NCBI RefSeq assembly: GCF_009914755.1 | Contig: NC_060933.1 | Length of the DNA: 64,000 bases | Source of the DNA: the human T2T-CHM13v2.0 reference genome, Homo sapiens | Reading direction: 5' to 3' (one strand) | In this document: positions 36,083 through 52,789 of the stretch, piece by piece | Numbering within the stretch: the first letter of the stretch is position 1 | How the letters are laid out: each line of letters opens with the position of its first letter | Translations under genes and position numbers: made by a program | The notes under the pieces: model-generated | Told to the model about the DNA's origin: nothing | Databases searched by the model: none | The model's input: the letters and a program-made list of their open reading frames with translations, nothing else

Positions 36083-37909
36083 TAGCATTTTGAGGAATTC
36101 ATTCACAGGAACCCCAAGTAGGTTCTGCTGTCAGGCACATGGTGAGGATGTAATGATTGGGCCTACTAGGTCAGTAGGCAAGTTTTGGAGACTCTTCTGT
36201 TTAAGGAAATGCAACTCCAAAGTCATGATAGACCCTAGAAAGTTTAAAGCCAGTGGAATTAAAGCTGTCATGTTCCCTGAGTTTGGGGGTCACATTACTA
36301 TTAGTATAAACTTTGCCTTAAATGGCTTGTCAAGTCTTAGCCATGCCTATGATGTTTTCTTCTGCAACATAATTCCTCATTAGGTTCCTCTCTTTTAAAG
36401 AGAAATAGTGGACCCAATTCTCTTGGGTCTTTACAACATAGTCTTACTCCTGCAGGGAGCAAAGCTTTCTTTCTCTAGCTGGCCCTGTAAGGAGCAGTGA
36501 GAGTCCTTGCCCACCCCCACCCACATTACTCCTCTGAAGCATTAAGCCTGGGTGAATGCAGTCCCGGCTTTCTGTTTCTAGGTGATCACCTCACCTACCA
36601 GCACTTTCACCAAGGAGTTCCTATTTTGTCTCATTTTAGCTGATGACAAGTGATGATCGTGACAGTCATCATCTGGTTTTTATTACACCTTTCCTTGAAG
36701 GAATTGCTATTTTGTTTCACAGATGATGAAAGCTTAATGACTTGCATGCTTTTGATCCTGCAGCAAGGGTAGTTGTTTGTAAGAACTGGTGCCTGCGATG
36801 ACAATTTTCCCAGTGGCTCTTTGTCTGGAGCCAAAGCTCAGGGAGGGTGATGGTGGGAAGTTTAGCCGCTGAGCCCAGACAGATGGTGAGAGGTTGGGTT
36901 TAGGAATATCCCGTAGCTACAGTATAGTGCACAGGAGAGACATTTTTGGAGTGTGTTTTGGTTAAAAATATGTAGATTCCAGAAGAAACTAGAATTGGCC
37001 TCTGGATACCTGGGGCCCTGGAGAATAGACAGCTCTGACTCAGAGAATATCTAGAAGGAGTGCAGACCTGGGCATCCTAAGGGATTGTTTTTTCAGTCTG
37101 GTTGAAGTGGTCCAGTAGCATCCCAGGAAGCCAGATAGAGTGAAACATTAGGTTTTTCAGCAACCTTCGGAAGACTTGTGTAAGTCCTGGGCTGTCCTAC
37201 AGATTCATTTCCATTGTTAGATGACTTCAGTGTGATCTGGGCTGAGTAAGAAATCCCCTGTAAAGTGCTGATGTACTCCAGGGACTACTTCACAATTGAA
37301 TCGGAGGCAGAAGCATATTATTAGTTTTGCGAGGTTGTTACATTACCTATTATCTGACACAGTAGCATTAGGTTAGTAAATAATATAGTCATTTGGGGAT
37401 TCTGTAATTGGCTTGAAATTTAGATAATTAGATCACAGTTTTTGAAAGCTTTCAGATTTGATTTGGTTTGGCTGGTGGCCAAAATCTTATCCATTTATGT
37501 TTGCCCTTTTAGCTTACTTTTTTTCCTGTTAAGTAGACATGAATATGATATGAAATTAGTTGCTTTTCAGAACGTTTAATTACATGTATAAGTGATTCTC
37601 AGATTTCTTAGGAGTCTATATTTCTGTGGTCTCTTAAGTGTTCCTCATCATTTGAATAAAGATGAAAATCAAGGGAATGCATAACAGGTTTGCCCTGTTT
37701 TTTCAATACCATAATAGAAATAGGATAGAAAAAAAGACTAGAGTTGCCAAAAAATATCCACTGTATTACAGAGTATGCGTTAGAGACTCCTTTATGCATT
37801 TGTTGATTGTTTTTATTGAGTGGCTGCTCCGTGCCTGGCACTGTGCTAGAGACTCTCAAGTACTGGCTCATGGTGGAATGGATGAGAAAGAAAACTCAAA
37901 AGACCCATG

Positions 37910-38207
37910 TGGCCGGGTGCTATGGCTCACGCCTGTAATCCCAGCACTTTGGGAGGCCGAGGCAGGTGGATCACCTGAGGTCAGGAGTTTGAGACCAATC
38001 TCAGCAACATGGAGAAACCCTGTCTCTACTAAAAATACAAAATTAGCTGGGCGTGGAGGCAGGTGCCTATAATCCCAGCTACTCGAGGCTGAGGCAGGAG
38101 AATCGCTTGGACCAGGGAGGCGTAGGTTGCGGTGAGCCGAGATTGCGCCACTGTACTCCAGCCTGGGCAACAAGAACGAAACTCCGTCTCAAAAAAAAAA
38201 AAAAAAA
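37910..38207 (+). mobile_element. AluS
   Basis: TSD aaaagac(c/a)catgt. Confidence 0.9.
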
Positions 38208-38721
38208 GACACATGTAATTCTCTTATTCCTGTTTCGATCAGAGCCCGGGGAGAACTGTGATGCCTTGTGGAAAGATGAGCCCTTGCTGTGGCATGCCAA
38301 GAGGCAGGGTGGGGACAAGTGTTTGATCACAACTATTGTTTAGAATTTCCAGTGCATGGTGATAGATTGACTTTAGTGGATTTTATTTTTAAAAAATTAT
38401 CCCACAGTGAGTGCACCCCCTTACTGCCTCCCCCCAGGATGGGTTGCCCTCAGCACCCCCTCCTTGGTATAGCATTGGCCCTGTGGGCATCACCATTGAG
38501 ATGCACAGCCTCCTGGAAGGGGTGTTCATACATAGACTGAGGAACAGGGAAAAAGGTATTATCCCCACATTTTATTTATCACATTCCTTCTCACAACATT
38601 CTTTCTGGCAAGTCCCAGTTCTAGGGGAAGGAAGGCAGACATAATTCTATGTCTGGAGTATTTGTATAAAACCAAAAAATGGGAAGGCCTGGAAATTTCG
38701 CTGTCTCCTCACTCCCTTGCC

Positions 38722-38730
38722 CGTGTGTGT

Positions 38731-38769
<39 letters not shown>
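38722..38769. repeat. (TG)n microsatellite
   Basis: Seen directly. Confidence 0.95.
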
Positions 38770-38770
<1 letters not shown>

Positions 38771-39275
38771 CACTGCAGGACATGTCAAACTAAAGTTTAT
38801 GTACTTAAAATCATCTTTAAAGTGTATAATGGAAAGGTGTTTTGTTTGAGTCATTTGTTTGCAAGCCCCGAAGAGGAGTCTTTCATTGCGGTGCCCCGTT
38901 CTCCCGTTGACAGAAGCAGGTGGACCGGTGAGGGGAAGAGGAGGGTGCAAGCAGAACAGCCCTGGAACAGTGTCACGCTGCTGGGCACTTCCTGTCTCCT
39001 ATTCCATTTCATCCATAAACACAGCCTTTCCGGGCTGTGAGCCTCCTTTTGTGGATGAGGAAACTGGGGCTCAGGGAGATGAAGTAGCTAGCTAGTACTG
39101 CACAGCTGGAAACGGGGAAGCTGGATTTGGAGTTTGCCTGACTGCAGAGAGGCACCTCTGTTCCCGTGGTGTCTCTGCTTTCCTTGCAGGGCAGTGCACA
39201 TTTCTTGGTTTTCCTTTTAAAGCCGTGAAATTCTGGAAAATCACTAGGCATGCTGTCTCTCAAGATGCTTCTGTG

Positions 39276-39276
39276 A

Positions 39277-39309
<33 letters not shown>
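39276..39309. repeat. (CA)n microsatellite
   Basis: Seen directly. Confidence 0.95.
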
Positions 39310-39310
<1 letters not shown>

Positions 39311-41069
39311 TCCAAATCCATGTACTTTAGGGAACAGTGGTAACGTGATGCTTTTGGTCATTCTTGTGTCATTTCAATTAGTTGGAGGTGGACTCCCTTC
39401 ATGGTCTTAGAGTGGGCAGGGCTTTTTCCTGCCACCCACAAGTTGAGTGTGTCCATCAGAGGTCACCAGCCTGCGTCGGATCTTGAATACCAGTTTGGTA
39501 AAGGATGTGAGTGTGTGCGTGTGCTTAGTTAGAATGTGGCCCCAGACAGCCTCACCTTGCCCTCCCGGCAGGCTCTCATGTTCTGTGCTCATAAGACACC
39601 CTTCACACTGCTGATTTATGCTAAAAGTATCCTAATGTTTCTGACAGCTCATGTGTGACATGAATATAATCCATATTTCTTACAGCAGCTAATCCAAGTG
39701 GCTTATTTTCCTATACTGCTGATAGGGCTATATCTCTTGATGTCGCAGCCCTGGAGATTGTGATGGTGACATATTGTTTCTGGGTCACTAGTTTTGTCTA
39801 AAACAGTAGGTTGGAACAGAGTAGCAAAGGTTAATTAAGTTTGTCCATCAAGGTGGGAACAGATATGGATGCCTCTGATGTTTCTGGTTCTGAAATCAAA
39901 GTTCCTAAATGTGCGGTTGTGGGCATCATTTCTCATTTTCAGACAATCAAAAAAAAAGTTTATTTGCTCCAGAAGTAGAGACAATGCGAAGAGTTGTTAA
40001 AAGCTAAAGGCAGCAAAGTAGGTCTTTATACTAAGCAGATACCTTCATTTAAAATTAGAAAGTTTCCTTGGTTTAGTAGAGAGAAATCTCAGAAGCGTCT
40101 GAGGTGATTTACTTTGAATCTTGCTGTCTGTACTTAATTCCTTGGGACCAGAACCAAGTTATTTGATCTCTCTGAGCAGTTTCTTCCTATATCAATGATT
40201 ATTAAATTATGAAGACTCATGAGATAACAAGTCTCTATATTATTTCTCAATAGATGCTCATTTTCTTCCTCTGAAATTTGGTTAATCTTATCGTCAGTAA
40301 CCAGTATTTTCTCAGGAAAATTAACATTAAGAATATCATCAGTACAACCCCCATCCGTACAAACACACACCCCAGTCTTAAGAAGCATTGTAGATGCCTT
40401 CAGAGACTGGACATGTGAGAGAGTGGAGCGTGCTGATCATTATTAACCAAATTTAAAAAATACAACCTTTTTAATTTCCTTTCTCTCCAGCCATTTTACT
40501 GAAACTCTGTTTCTTAGTTGCTTTTATGTAAATGGTACTTGCATTTATGCCTGGTATACATGGGTTCAGTTGGGAAGTCCGGGTCTGTATTTTAGATTTG
40601 TGAACTAGACAAATGTAGGTTTCCAACCCAGGAACTGGAAAATCCTGCATAGATTTCTCAAGATGAAGAAGGCGCTGAGCTAGTCCCAGCCAGACACTGG
40701 TCCAAACCAACCACCCCACTCTCTTTTGTGAACCCCCTGATATGCACCAAGACCCTTTCAGGTTTTAGGAAAAGGAAACATTTTTTAAAATTTGGCTTTT
40801 TCTTACTATTTACCTCCTTTTAGAGGTACTTGCATCCCTTTACCTGATTTATACGTTGGTGTCTTTCAAACATTTTAGATTGAGACCCACAGTAAGAAAC
40901 TGTATTCCAGTATATATTTACACACACATACACAAAATGACAAGTTTTGTAGAACAGTTCTTACCCCTTACCCAAATTGTATATGCAATGAATTCTTATA
41001 TACAGTTCTCTTTTATTCTGTTCTGTTCTATTCTATTGCATTCTGTTCAATTCCATACAGTTCTCTAAA

Positions 41070-41119
41070 ATATATATGTGTGTGTGTGTGTGTGTGTGTT
41101 ATATGTATATAACACACAC
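41070..41119. repeat. (TA)(TG)n microsatellite ending in a hairpin
   Basis: Seen directly. Confidence 0.9.
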
Positions 41120-41410
41120 TGACTGCATACTGAATTATTTGAGGGCCCTATAAAAGGTAACACTTCTGCCTTTTGGAAAACATGGTCTCAAGAAGTACAC
41201 TGTTGTTCCGTCAGTACCACTGATGGCATATGGTGAAAACAGTTGAACAACACAAGTTAAAAAAATAATTTGGCCTTTGTAAAATGTCAAAATACTCACA
41301 TCTGAATTGCTTCTGGGCTAAAGATAAGCAAAATGGACCACTAATAAATACAAGTGTAATCCTGATATCCTATGGGGTTTCTATCCTTAATGGGTATTCA
41401 GGATTGTTGT

Positions 41411-43253
41411 GGGCTGGGCATGGTGGCTCATGCCTGTAATCCTAGCTCTTGGAGGGGGGCCCAAGGTGAGAGGATCACTTGAGGCCAGGAATTCAAGACC
41501 AGCCTGGGCAACATAGTGGGACCCTGTTTCTACAAAAAATATAAAAAATTTAGCTGGTCTTGGTGTTGTGCGCCTGTAGTTCTAGCTACTCAGGAGCCTG
41601 AGGTGAGAGGATCACTTGAGCCCACGAGATTGAGGCTGCAGTGAGCTGCGATCACACCACTGTACTCCAGGCTGGGCGACAGAGAGACCCTGTCTCTAAA
41701 AATGTTTTTTTTAAAAAAGACTGATGTGAATTTCTCTTCCATGCCCTCTCCACAATTTATGGAAATTGCGGGAGGGCTTGCTTTATATCCTTGTGTTCAA
41801 TTTTGGTTCTGTTTTTCCATGTGACTTGTTTGTTTTTTTATGGTTCATCTTAGGGCTGTTGTTTATTTTTATTTTTGGAGCTACTGTAATACAAACTTTC
41901 CTTTGGTTCTTTTTTTTTGAAAACTCCACCCACACTTTTTCTTTTGTTTTTGCATGTGTAGTGGGAAATTTGGGATTTGCAACTTAAAACATCTTAAATG
42001 AATCACTTCTGAAATGGTTGGTTCTCTCTGCCCTGTTGTGTGAGCGTCCTCCTCTCCACTCCTCCCCCGTTTTCCCCTCCCACCTCTCCTGGGCGCATTT
42101 GGAGGGAGAGCTTTCGTTTGGAAAAAGGACTCTTGGGTTCTTCAGCATCTGAATGCCCAGCCCCAGCCCCACGCTTAGCACAGCAGCTTCACCCCTCCCC
42201 TGTCCACCCCTCACCCCACACACGTTGAAGGATCCTCTTGGCCTTTGCGGGAATCCCTTACAAAGGCTGAGTCCTCACAAGTGCCTGTCTCTGCCTGCCT
42301 CGGTTCTTTCCTCCCTCTAGGAGGGAAGTGGAGGGCATTCCATAGCAGGACCACCTAAGAGAAAGCAAGGTGAGCGCAGGAGAGGAAGGGAGCAAAGGAC
42401 TCATCTTCAGAGCTCTGGACACAAAAGGAAAGGAAGTCGGGAGGGGCGGGTTTTCGCTGTGGGAATCTGCTTGGGTCACACACCTCAGCATTTGGCCTGG
42501 TGCTTTGGTAATCTCTGAAATGTGTGCATAATAGCAATCATTTTAGCCTATATATTAAAATTTTTTTCTCAGCTGTGAAATATGGAATGCTGAAAAATGA
42601 ATAAGGTGTGTATTTCAGAAGGTGAACGGGGCTTTTTGGGTGAAGCCCTTTGCGTAGGTGAAGTCTGTAGGCTCAGACAGTTCACGGTGTGTGCTTAGGT
42701 GAGCTTGGGAACAGGCATCCCATTTAGATGGTTCGAAAAGAAGCATCTATTAAAACTAAAGCCATCATTTAATGAGGGTAAAAGTCAACCCCAGCCTTCA
42801 CACCCAGCACCACCAGAAGACACAGAATTCTACAGCCTGTGAAGAGTCCTACCTTTATAAAAAGGTTTCTGTTCAGAAAACCAAAGGTTTACCCCAAATA
42901 CAGCTTTTGCCATTTAAAAGACTGTAAGCCACATATCAATACCAAGGGAGTTTTTTTGTTTCTGTTTTTTTTGAAACAGGGTCTTAATCTGTCACCCAGG
43001 TTGGAGTCAGCAGGGCAAACATAGCTTACTGCAGCCTTGACCTGCTGGGCTTAAGCGATCCTCCCACATCAGCCTCCTGAGTAGCTGGGAACACAGGTGT
43101 GCACCACCATGCCTGCCTAATTTTTTAAATTTTTTGTAGAGATGGAGTCTCACCATGTTGCCCAGACTGTTCTCCAACCCCCGGGCTCAAATAATCCTTC
43201 CTCCTCAGCCTCCCACGTGCTGAGATTTACAGGTGTGAGCCATTGTGCCTGGC
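41411..43253. mobile_element. AluJ (+) 41411-41716 and AluJ (-) 42950-43253
   Basis: Consensus matches. Confidence 0.85.
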
Positions 43254-44334
43254 TGAGTCATTACACTATTTGTTTAAATATCAGTTTGCAATTAGGAATG
43301 TTATCCTATAGAATAACTCTTCTCATTAAGACTGTTCCCCTTTCTGCAAATGAGCATTACTTAGAGCCTCCAGTGAAGCTGAATGAAGCTCTAGAGAGAT
43401 ACGAACTTAACGCTGAAGATTTTTTTGTCTTGAAGCATGAAGAATCAAGATACCTAAATACTGATGATGAAAACTTTTAATAAATGTGAGCACAGGCATT
43501 TTTAATGAAAAAGGCATCATCTGATATAAGTTCAAAAACAAATGAAAAAACTTAGAAATTAAAAAAAAAAAAAGACTGTTCCCCTTTGTTACATCAACTC
43601 CAGTTTTATGCAGCCATGCGATGTTTAGTAAACAACTAGATGACAATTTGGTCTTCACAAATCCCTTTTAGTCATTCACCTGGATAGACTGTTCACTTTG
43701 ATGCAAGACCAGGCACTCATCTAAATTGTTACTAGATAACCAGTGACTGGTATTTGGGATTTTTTTTTTTAAAAAAAGAAGTGAACTCAAACATTTTTAT
43801 GGTTTTTTTTTCAGATATTATTGTTACTATAAAATAGGGTGGCTAACACGTATAAAAGGAAATTATGGCTCGGGTTTACTGTAATGCATATTCTTAACAA
43901 TTTAATAGAACACAACTCCAAGGTCTTGGGTTGCCTGCAAAGTTAATACTAACACCATGAGCATCCTCCACCAGCCAGCTCTTATCCATGGGTCGTACTC
44001 TGGTTCAGAGACTTTGGATGGGTAATAACGTATAAAACATGCCTCTTGCTTGCCAGTGACCACTGCTAATAATAATAGTAGTCATCATTCACTGGAATCC
44101 TGGGTTTTTAGGGTTTACTTGGTTTATTTATTTGCTTAGCTTAAAGGAATAAAAAAAAACCTTGAGAGGAAACAAGGAGGCATTTCACAAAGGAGAAAAA
44201 TATATATCCCTTTAGGAAAACTGAGTGGCTCCTCTGATTTCTTTGCCGCTCTTGTCCCTCAGCAGCACTTAGCTGTTTTCTTCTAGCTGGAGGTGAGGGA
44301 CTGAGCACAGGGGTGGTGCTCAGTTAGTTTAAAG

Positions 44335-44554
44335 GGAGCTTCTCACCTTGGCGCTGTTCAGGCCTTGGGTTGGTTAATTCTGTGTCCTGTGGGAATTGTG
44401 GGACACTACACTGTAGTGACAGTCAGCAGCATCCCTGACCTTGACCACTAGATGCCAGCATCAACTCCCTGCCCCCTTGTCACAATCAAAAGCGTCTCCA
44501 GATGTTGCCAGATGCCCTGTGGAGGATCAGACTGCCCCTAGTTCAGAACTACTG
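44335..44554. mobile_element. MER20 hAT MITE
   Basis: cagcatccctgacc...ccactagatgccagca...caatcaaaagcgtctccagatgttgcc; 8-bp TSD gtttaaag (44327-44334; 44555-44562). Confidence 0.85.
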
Positions 44555-44706
44555 GTTTAAAGTAAAGTGAGTTTCAAAGGCTTCGTTAATTTCCCATTTT
44601 GTTTAAGCCAAAAGTAGCAGGGTTGTGATTTTCTTTTTAAAGTTAGAAGAGAGCAGGAAGTAATTTAGTTTGAAATTGCATTCTGCCATGCCTTTTTCTG
44701 GGTTAA

Positions 44707-45028
<322 letters not shown>

Positions 45029-45190
45029 ATGAATTGCAGTTTTAACATCCTGTTTATATTGCTACACATGCACTTAGAAACACATAGAACTGTCCTTTTC
45101 TTCTTATGAGCAAGTTGTCACGTGGATGGGTTGTTTGTGGATTCTTTGAGGTGGATGTAGCTGAAGTGACTGATGACCTCAGTAAGTTCA

Positions 45191-45573
45191 TGTAGTAGTC
45201 TGTTCTCACACTGCTGTAAAGATACTACCCAAGACTGGGTAATTTATAAATAAAAAAAGAGGTCTAATTAACTCACAGGTCCGCATGGCTGGGGAGGCGT
45301 CAGGAAACTTGCAGTCATGTCAGAAGGCGAAGAAGAAGCAGGCACCTTCTCTTCTTCACAAGGCAGCAGGAGAGAGGAGAAAGAGAACAGGGGAAACTGC
45401 CAAACACTTTTAAAGCATCAGATCTCAAGAGAACTCCCTCCATATCATGAGAACAGATTGGGGCAACCGCCCCCATGATCCAATCACCACCGCCTACCAC
45501 GTTCCTTCTTTGACACGTGGAGATTACGGTGTGAGATGAGATTTGAGTGAGGACACAGAGCCAAACCATATCA
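45191..45573 (-). mobile_element. Complete MaLR solo LTR (MSTA/THE1D-like)
   Basis: Minus strand begins TGATATGGTTTGGCTCTGTGTCC; 5-bp TSD gttca (45186-45190; 45574-45578). Confidence 0.9.
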
Positions 45574-45997
45574 GTTCACATTCTAGTAACCTCAAATGGA
45601 GTCTGACCCTTTGTATCTTTTTCTTCTTTTACTGGAATTCTTTTATAGCTCAGTGATCTTGGGGATTCATTAAGGATAGTGAATGTTTGAATATAAATAA
45701 CTAAATTCCTATTTCCTAATAGTTCTTTTTATTTCATGCTTTTGGAAAACATGGAAAAGGAATTAAGGGAATAAATAAGCACACGCATGGATTTGAAATT
45801 GTGTTTATTTTCCAGTAAGCGTTAGTTAAAAAAAAGAATTTTACTGTTCATCTTCATCTTTTTGTCAAATAACACATACATTGGGATTGGCAGCGTTAGC
45901 CAGTCTATTTGTCAGATTTAGCCTGTTTTAGTTAATATAGGGGATTGTTGGGATCTCGTACTTCCAAGGTATATGGACGATATGTTGGTAATTGTAG

Positions 45998-46312
45998 AGC
46001 ACTGGTTCTCAATCTCGGTGTCATATTAGAATTAACTGGGATCTTTGAAAATATCCAGGGCCCAGGCCACATCCCAGAGCAGTTAAACCAGATTTTCTTG
46101 AGTGGAGTCCAGGCATCAGTACTGAGTTCCCTTCTCACCTTACTCCAGTGAGAGTGAAGTTTGAGAAGGAACCAGTGCCACTGTTTACAAATAAAGTTTT
46201 ATTGGAACACAGCCATGCCCATTCATTTTACAAATTGCTAGAGACTGTATGGCTTGCCTAAAATATATATACTGTTTGACATTTACAATAAAAAGTTTGC
46301 TGACACCTGCTA
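45998..46312. mobile_element. MER5-type and MER58A-type hAT MITE fragments
   Basis: cactggttctcaatc...cccaggccacatcccagagcagttaaaccaga; aataaagttttattggaacacagccatgccc. Confidence 0.7.
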
Positions 46313-46855
46313 TAGACTCATGATCAACATTTTTCAAACATTTTGAAAGGAAGGTTTGTGTAAACTTTCATAGTAAAAAAAACATCCAGCATTTTGCAGA
46401 GCATTTAGGCCCAAATCCTATCTGTTTTCTTGTACCCTGGCAAAATTGAAAAGCATTTTCCTTGAAGAACTGGCTTGAAGATATTGTCAAACCTGAAGTA
46501 GATGTGACAAACTCAGCCCCCAGAGCAGGGAGGCTCCATTATTTATATTACGGCTTATGTCGGCACCTTGCTTCTAATTCAGTGTTCACTACTCAGACTG
46601 TGTAATTGACTTAAGGAAGTCTATGGAGACACAAATGGCTTTTCAATTCAAAGTGTGTTTGAGTTTGTTTTTACTGCTGCAGCAGTTGTAGATGGCAACA
46701 GACCCCTGAAAAAAATCTTTTAGTTCTGGGGAATTTTGTGTATAAAAATAAAAAAAGAATGAAAATTAAAAATTGCTATTTACATAGTTTCACTTTTCCA
46801 GTTCAGCTGGAAACTGGATGGTTGTAAGCAACTGGTAATTTTTTTTTTTTTTTAA

Positions 46856-47898
<1,043 letters not shown>

Positions 47899-48890
47899 TC
47901 ATATACTTCAGAAAAACAAACTAGAAAGGATAAAGGGGACTTACCCAGGTAAACTTCACTTGAGAGGAAATAATCACCTGTAATGGTATCTTTGCTTCTC
48001 CAGAAGAAGTAATCCACTCATGAGAACATAGATTTGAGCTTGAGAGCAGTAGAGATCAAAAATAAATTCCTTGAGCTGCTCAAAGCATCAGGCAGAAATC
48101 AGGGACTTAGCTCTTTCTACCAAACAGCACCATAATACCCAAAGTACACTTAAGCCAGTGTTAGTTGGTGAATTGTCCAGAATGTAGATGTTCATAGAAA
48201 ATCTTGAGGAAGCCCAGTGCCTAATTTTACACTACCAGGCTCTGTCAAGTTAGTGCTATTTTCTTTTTCAAGTACCATTTAAAATACTTGATTGAAAAAC
48301 ATGATTTTGAATTATTTTGGATTATTTTGAAATTACTCATATTTCTGGACAGAATTGGTTTATCTTGAACATTCCCTTAGATCGAATTTTGTTTAAAAGC
48401 GAGTACCATCTAAATTTAAGTTTTAAAAGACTGTCATAAATAACTGAAGTCCAGCTCTGTTGTTGCCGTGAAGATGTGATCATGAGTTGAATGCTCGGTG
48501 TCTCTAACAGGGTCTAGATGTTCATGGAAGTGGGTCTTACACAATCAGAGTCATCAGGGCCAGGAAAGTGGAAATGGAGGGGGGGCCCTTTCTAAGCCAT
48601 CAAGTCATATCTTCTTAGCTTTGAATGAGAATCAGGAAGCCACAGGGAATGAACTGCTTCTTATATAAAAGCTATCTCATGGTCCTAAAGGCAGGGTCTG
48701 GTTGCCGGAAAAAAATGAATGACTGCTGTGCTCACATGCAGCTGCCACTGCCACTGGAGGGGCGCTTGTGCCTCCTTACTGCCTTCCGAGTTTTGCTCTG
48801 CCCCATGTGTCCAGTTAGCAGAAGCCAAATCACCTCCAGAATTCAGATCTCAGACTCCTGTTCTTGCTGCAGGGAACAGACACCGACTAA

Positions 48891-49921
<1,031 letters not shown>

Positions 49922-49967
49922 TGTTACCTTGTTTTAAAGAACTAGATAATTATTGTACTAGTTGTGA

Positions 49968-50288
<321 letters not shown>

Positions 50289-52789
50289 TAAGTATCCTTT
50301 AAAGAATTTAGTTATAAAATGACTTTGCTATGCTTGATTCTTAATATCATGTTTTTTTTCCTTTCTGGATTCCTAGAGTGACAGGAGTAAGATGAGAGAC
50401 TCTCCCTTGGAAGCTAAAAATGTATTTTATGGAGGATCAATATGAAATACAGGGGCACTTTAAATGTGGTTCAAGACCTGGTATTTTTTGTGAAGTGAGT
50501 TTCTGTGCATTGAAAACTCCTTTCCCAAAGACTTTCATTTTAAAATTGAAGGCGTATTCATCTTTTTGGCGAAAACAACATAATAAAACATTTTTGAGTA
50601 CAATAGATCTCAGAGTTTATGCAGTAGCAATGCAAATAACTCTGATATAATGGCTTTGAAATAAAAAATGACTGTTTAATGAATCAAAGCACTTTGAAAT
50701 ACATAGTAACTCGACTTCAATTTTAACATCCCCCAGCATTTTCACTGTGGTGAGAGGCAGGTCTTTACAGCTGCTGCGTTTCCAGATCCCGTGTTTAAGT
50801 TCTTTATAGTTAAGCATCCTCTTTTGATGTAGGAAAGTGAGAAACATACACAATAGGCAGTAAGTGGAAATCAGGGCAGTAGAGGGTGTCTTGGAAGAGA
50901 AACCAATCTAGAAGAACTTACTCTGTGCTAAATAAAAGGATATGTTCATTTTCTAAGTAACTTGACTCTTTAGAGAACTTAGAGAATGAGAATCAGAACC
51001 ATGCTTTGATTTCCAAATTCAGAACCAGAAAGTCTAAAATAGCTGGGCAAGTTATGCTTTATTTACCATATTAACATAAAATAAAGGACTTCTATTAATA
51101 TGAAATATATAGGTCACGGGAGCCTATGTAGTTTGAGCTGCAGAGAGGCCGAAGTACACATTGTTGATTGCAGTTTCACTTTTATTAAGAATCACTTTCC
51201 GTTGGGAGTGGACAAGCACAACTCTGTTTTATAAGTATTCATACTATATAATGTGTGCCCATAGGTCCTTCTTTCATACTGCTTTTGAGTCTATATATTT
51301 ATTTGGCTTATAAGCTCCCTAAGGACAAACAACACATTTTCTATACTTTCTTACCTGCTGTGATGCCTTTTATTTATTTGTTGGTTGAGTGAATGAATGA
51401 ATGAATCTGGTATTATTTTTAACTGAGTTTGGCCTGTAAGGGCGTGCAAGCATGAAAGGTCAGAATCCTAACTGGCCTGTCTGCACAATTTGGGGATGAA
51501 GCAGTTAAAGGAACATTTGTTAATACAGAAAATTAAGAATGAAACCCACTTTCAGGAAGAAATTGCCTGAGCTTCTTACACCAGGAATAATGGAATATTT
51601 TTAGAAGCACTGGCGTTCTTGAGACAAAGGTGTAAATTCAGAGCAAGGCAGTAAGACAAAAATATAAGAGGCAATTTATTAGAGCAGAGAGGAGCGAATT
51701 TGGAGAGGAGCGGTAGGCATTTGAATTTATGGCAGAAAAGGAAGCGACTCAGAAGGAAAGAGGTTACAGTCCAGGAAAGAAAAAGACCAGCTGTACTAGC
51801 GCTCACAGGGAAAGAAGAATAGGTGAATACCACCTACAATTCCTTATTACTTTTCTGGCCATGTGTTTATTTGAAAGAGTAGTGTGTGAGGAGGCCCCAG
51901 GCTTAAATTCCTGGTACCCTGCTAACCCACTAACAGTTAAGTAGGAGGCCCAAGCTTCAGAAACGAGAGCTGGGAAGAACTACAGTAAAATCTCAGCACT
52001 ATCTACTTTGGAATTATCTTCGAGAAGGAGTGTACAAATACGTAGAAAATCAAAATCCCAGCTAATTTTTAACAGAAGGCTTAATGCCTTCCAAATGTGT
52101 GCTATTTTGGCTTTTTTTATATTGCATGAATTTTTACAAAGCAAGTGGGAAGGTAAAGGAAGCGTGTTTGGAGGTCAGTAAGGACACCTCAAAGGTCATC
52201 TCATGGGACACTGGATCCTCAGTTTTATCAGCATTGACACAGTGGGGTGTTCTTTGAGAGCATGTTAGCCCTTCTGGGAGGTGGGGCTGAGGCTAGAGAC
52301 AGGAAATGATGGGTGGGGATGCGGACATCAGTATATTCATTTGTGAGATATCGGCAAAGGTTGGCTCATAACCAGTTACATGTGGCAGATCCGTCAAGTC
52401 TAAGTTCCTTTGGTTGATTGTGTTAATATGTAAGTTATTATTTATTCTAAATAGGGATTTCTAAAGAACTTGAAAGACAGTGTTTTCAGTAGGTTTAATG
52501 TCTTCTTTAAAGTCTTATTCAAGTATAAATTTGCCCATTAAATCTATGTTCTTCAGTTTCTTTAAAAATAAATTTAAGCTTAGCTTCTCTGTCATCTAAA
52601 AAAATGAACCCAAGTTCAGTGTCTTCCTCTGGGTTTGCTATAAAGCTGGCAACATGAAATAAATGGAATGTTGGGCGGGGGGAGGGGGGCATTTTACAGG
52701 GCAAGTTTTCCTTTTGTCGTGTTACTGCTTTTTAATGCTTTTCTTTGTAAAAGGATAGGAGCCATTCCTTCTTTCCTTATCCTGAAAAA

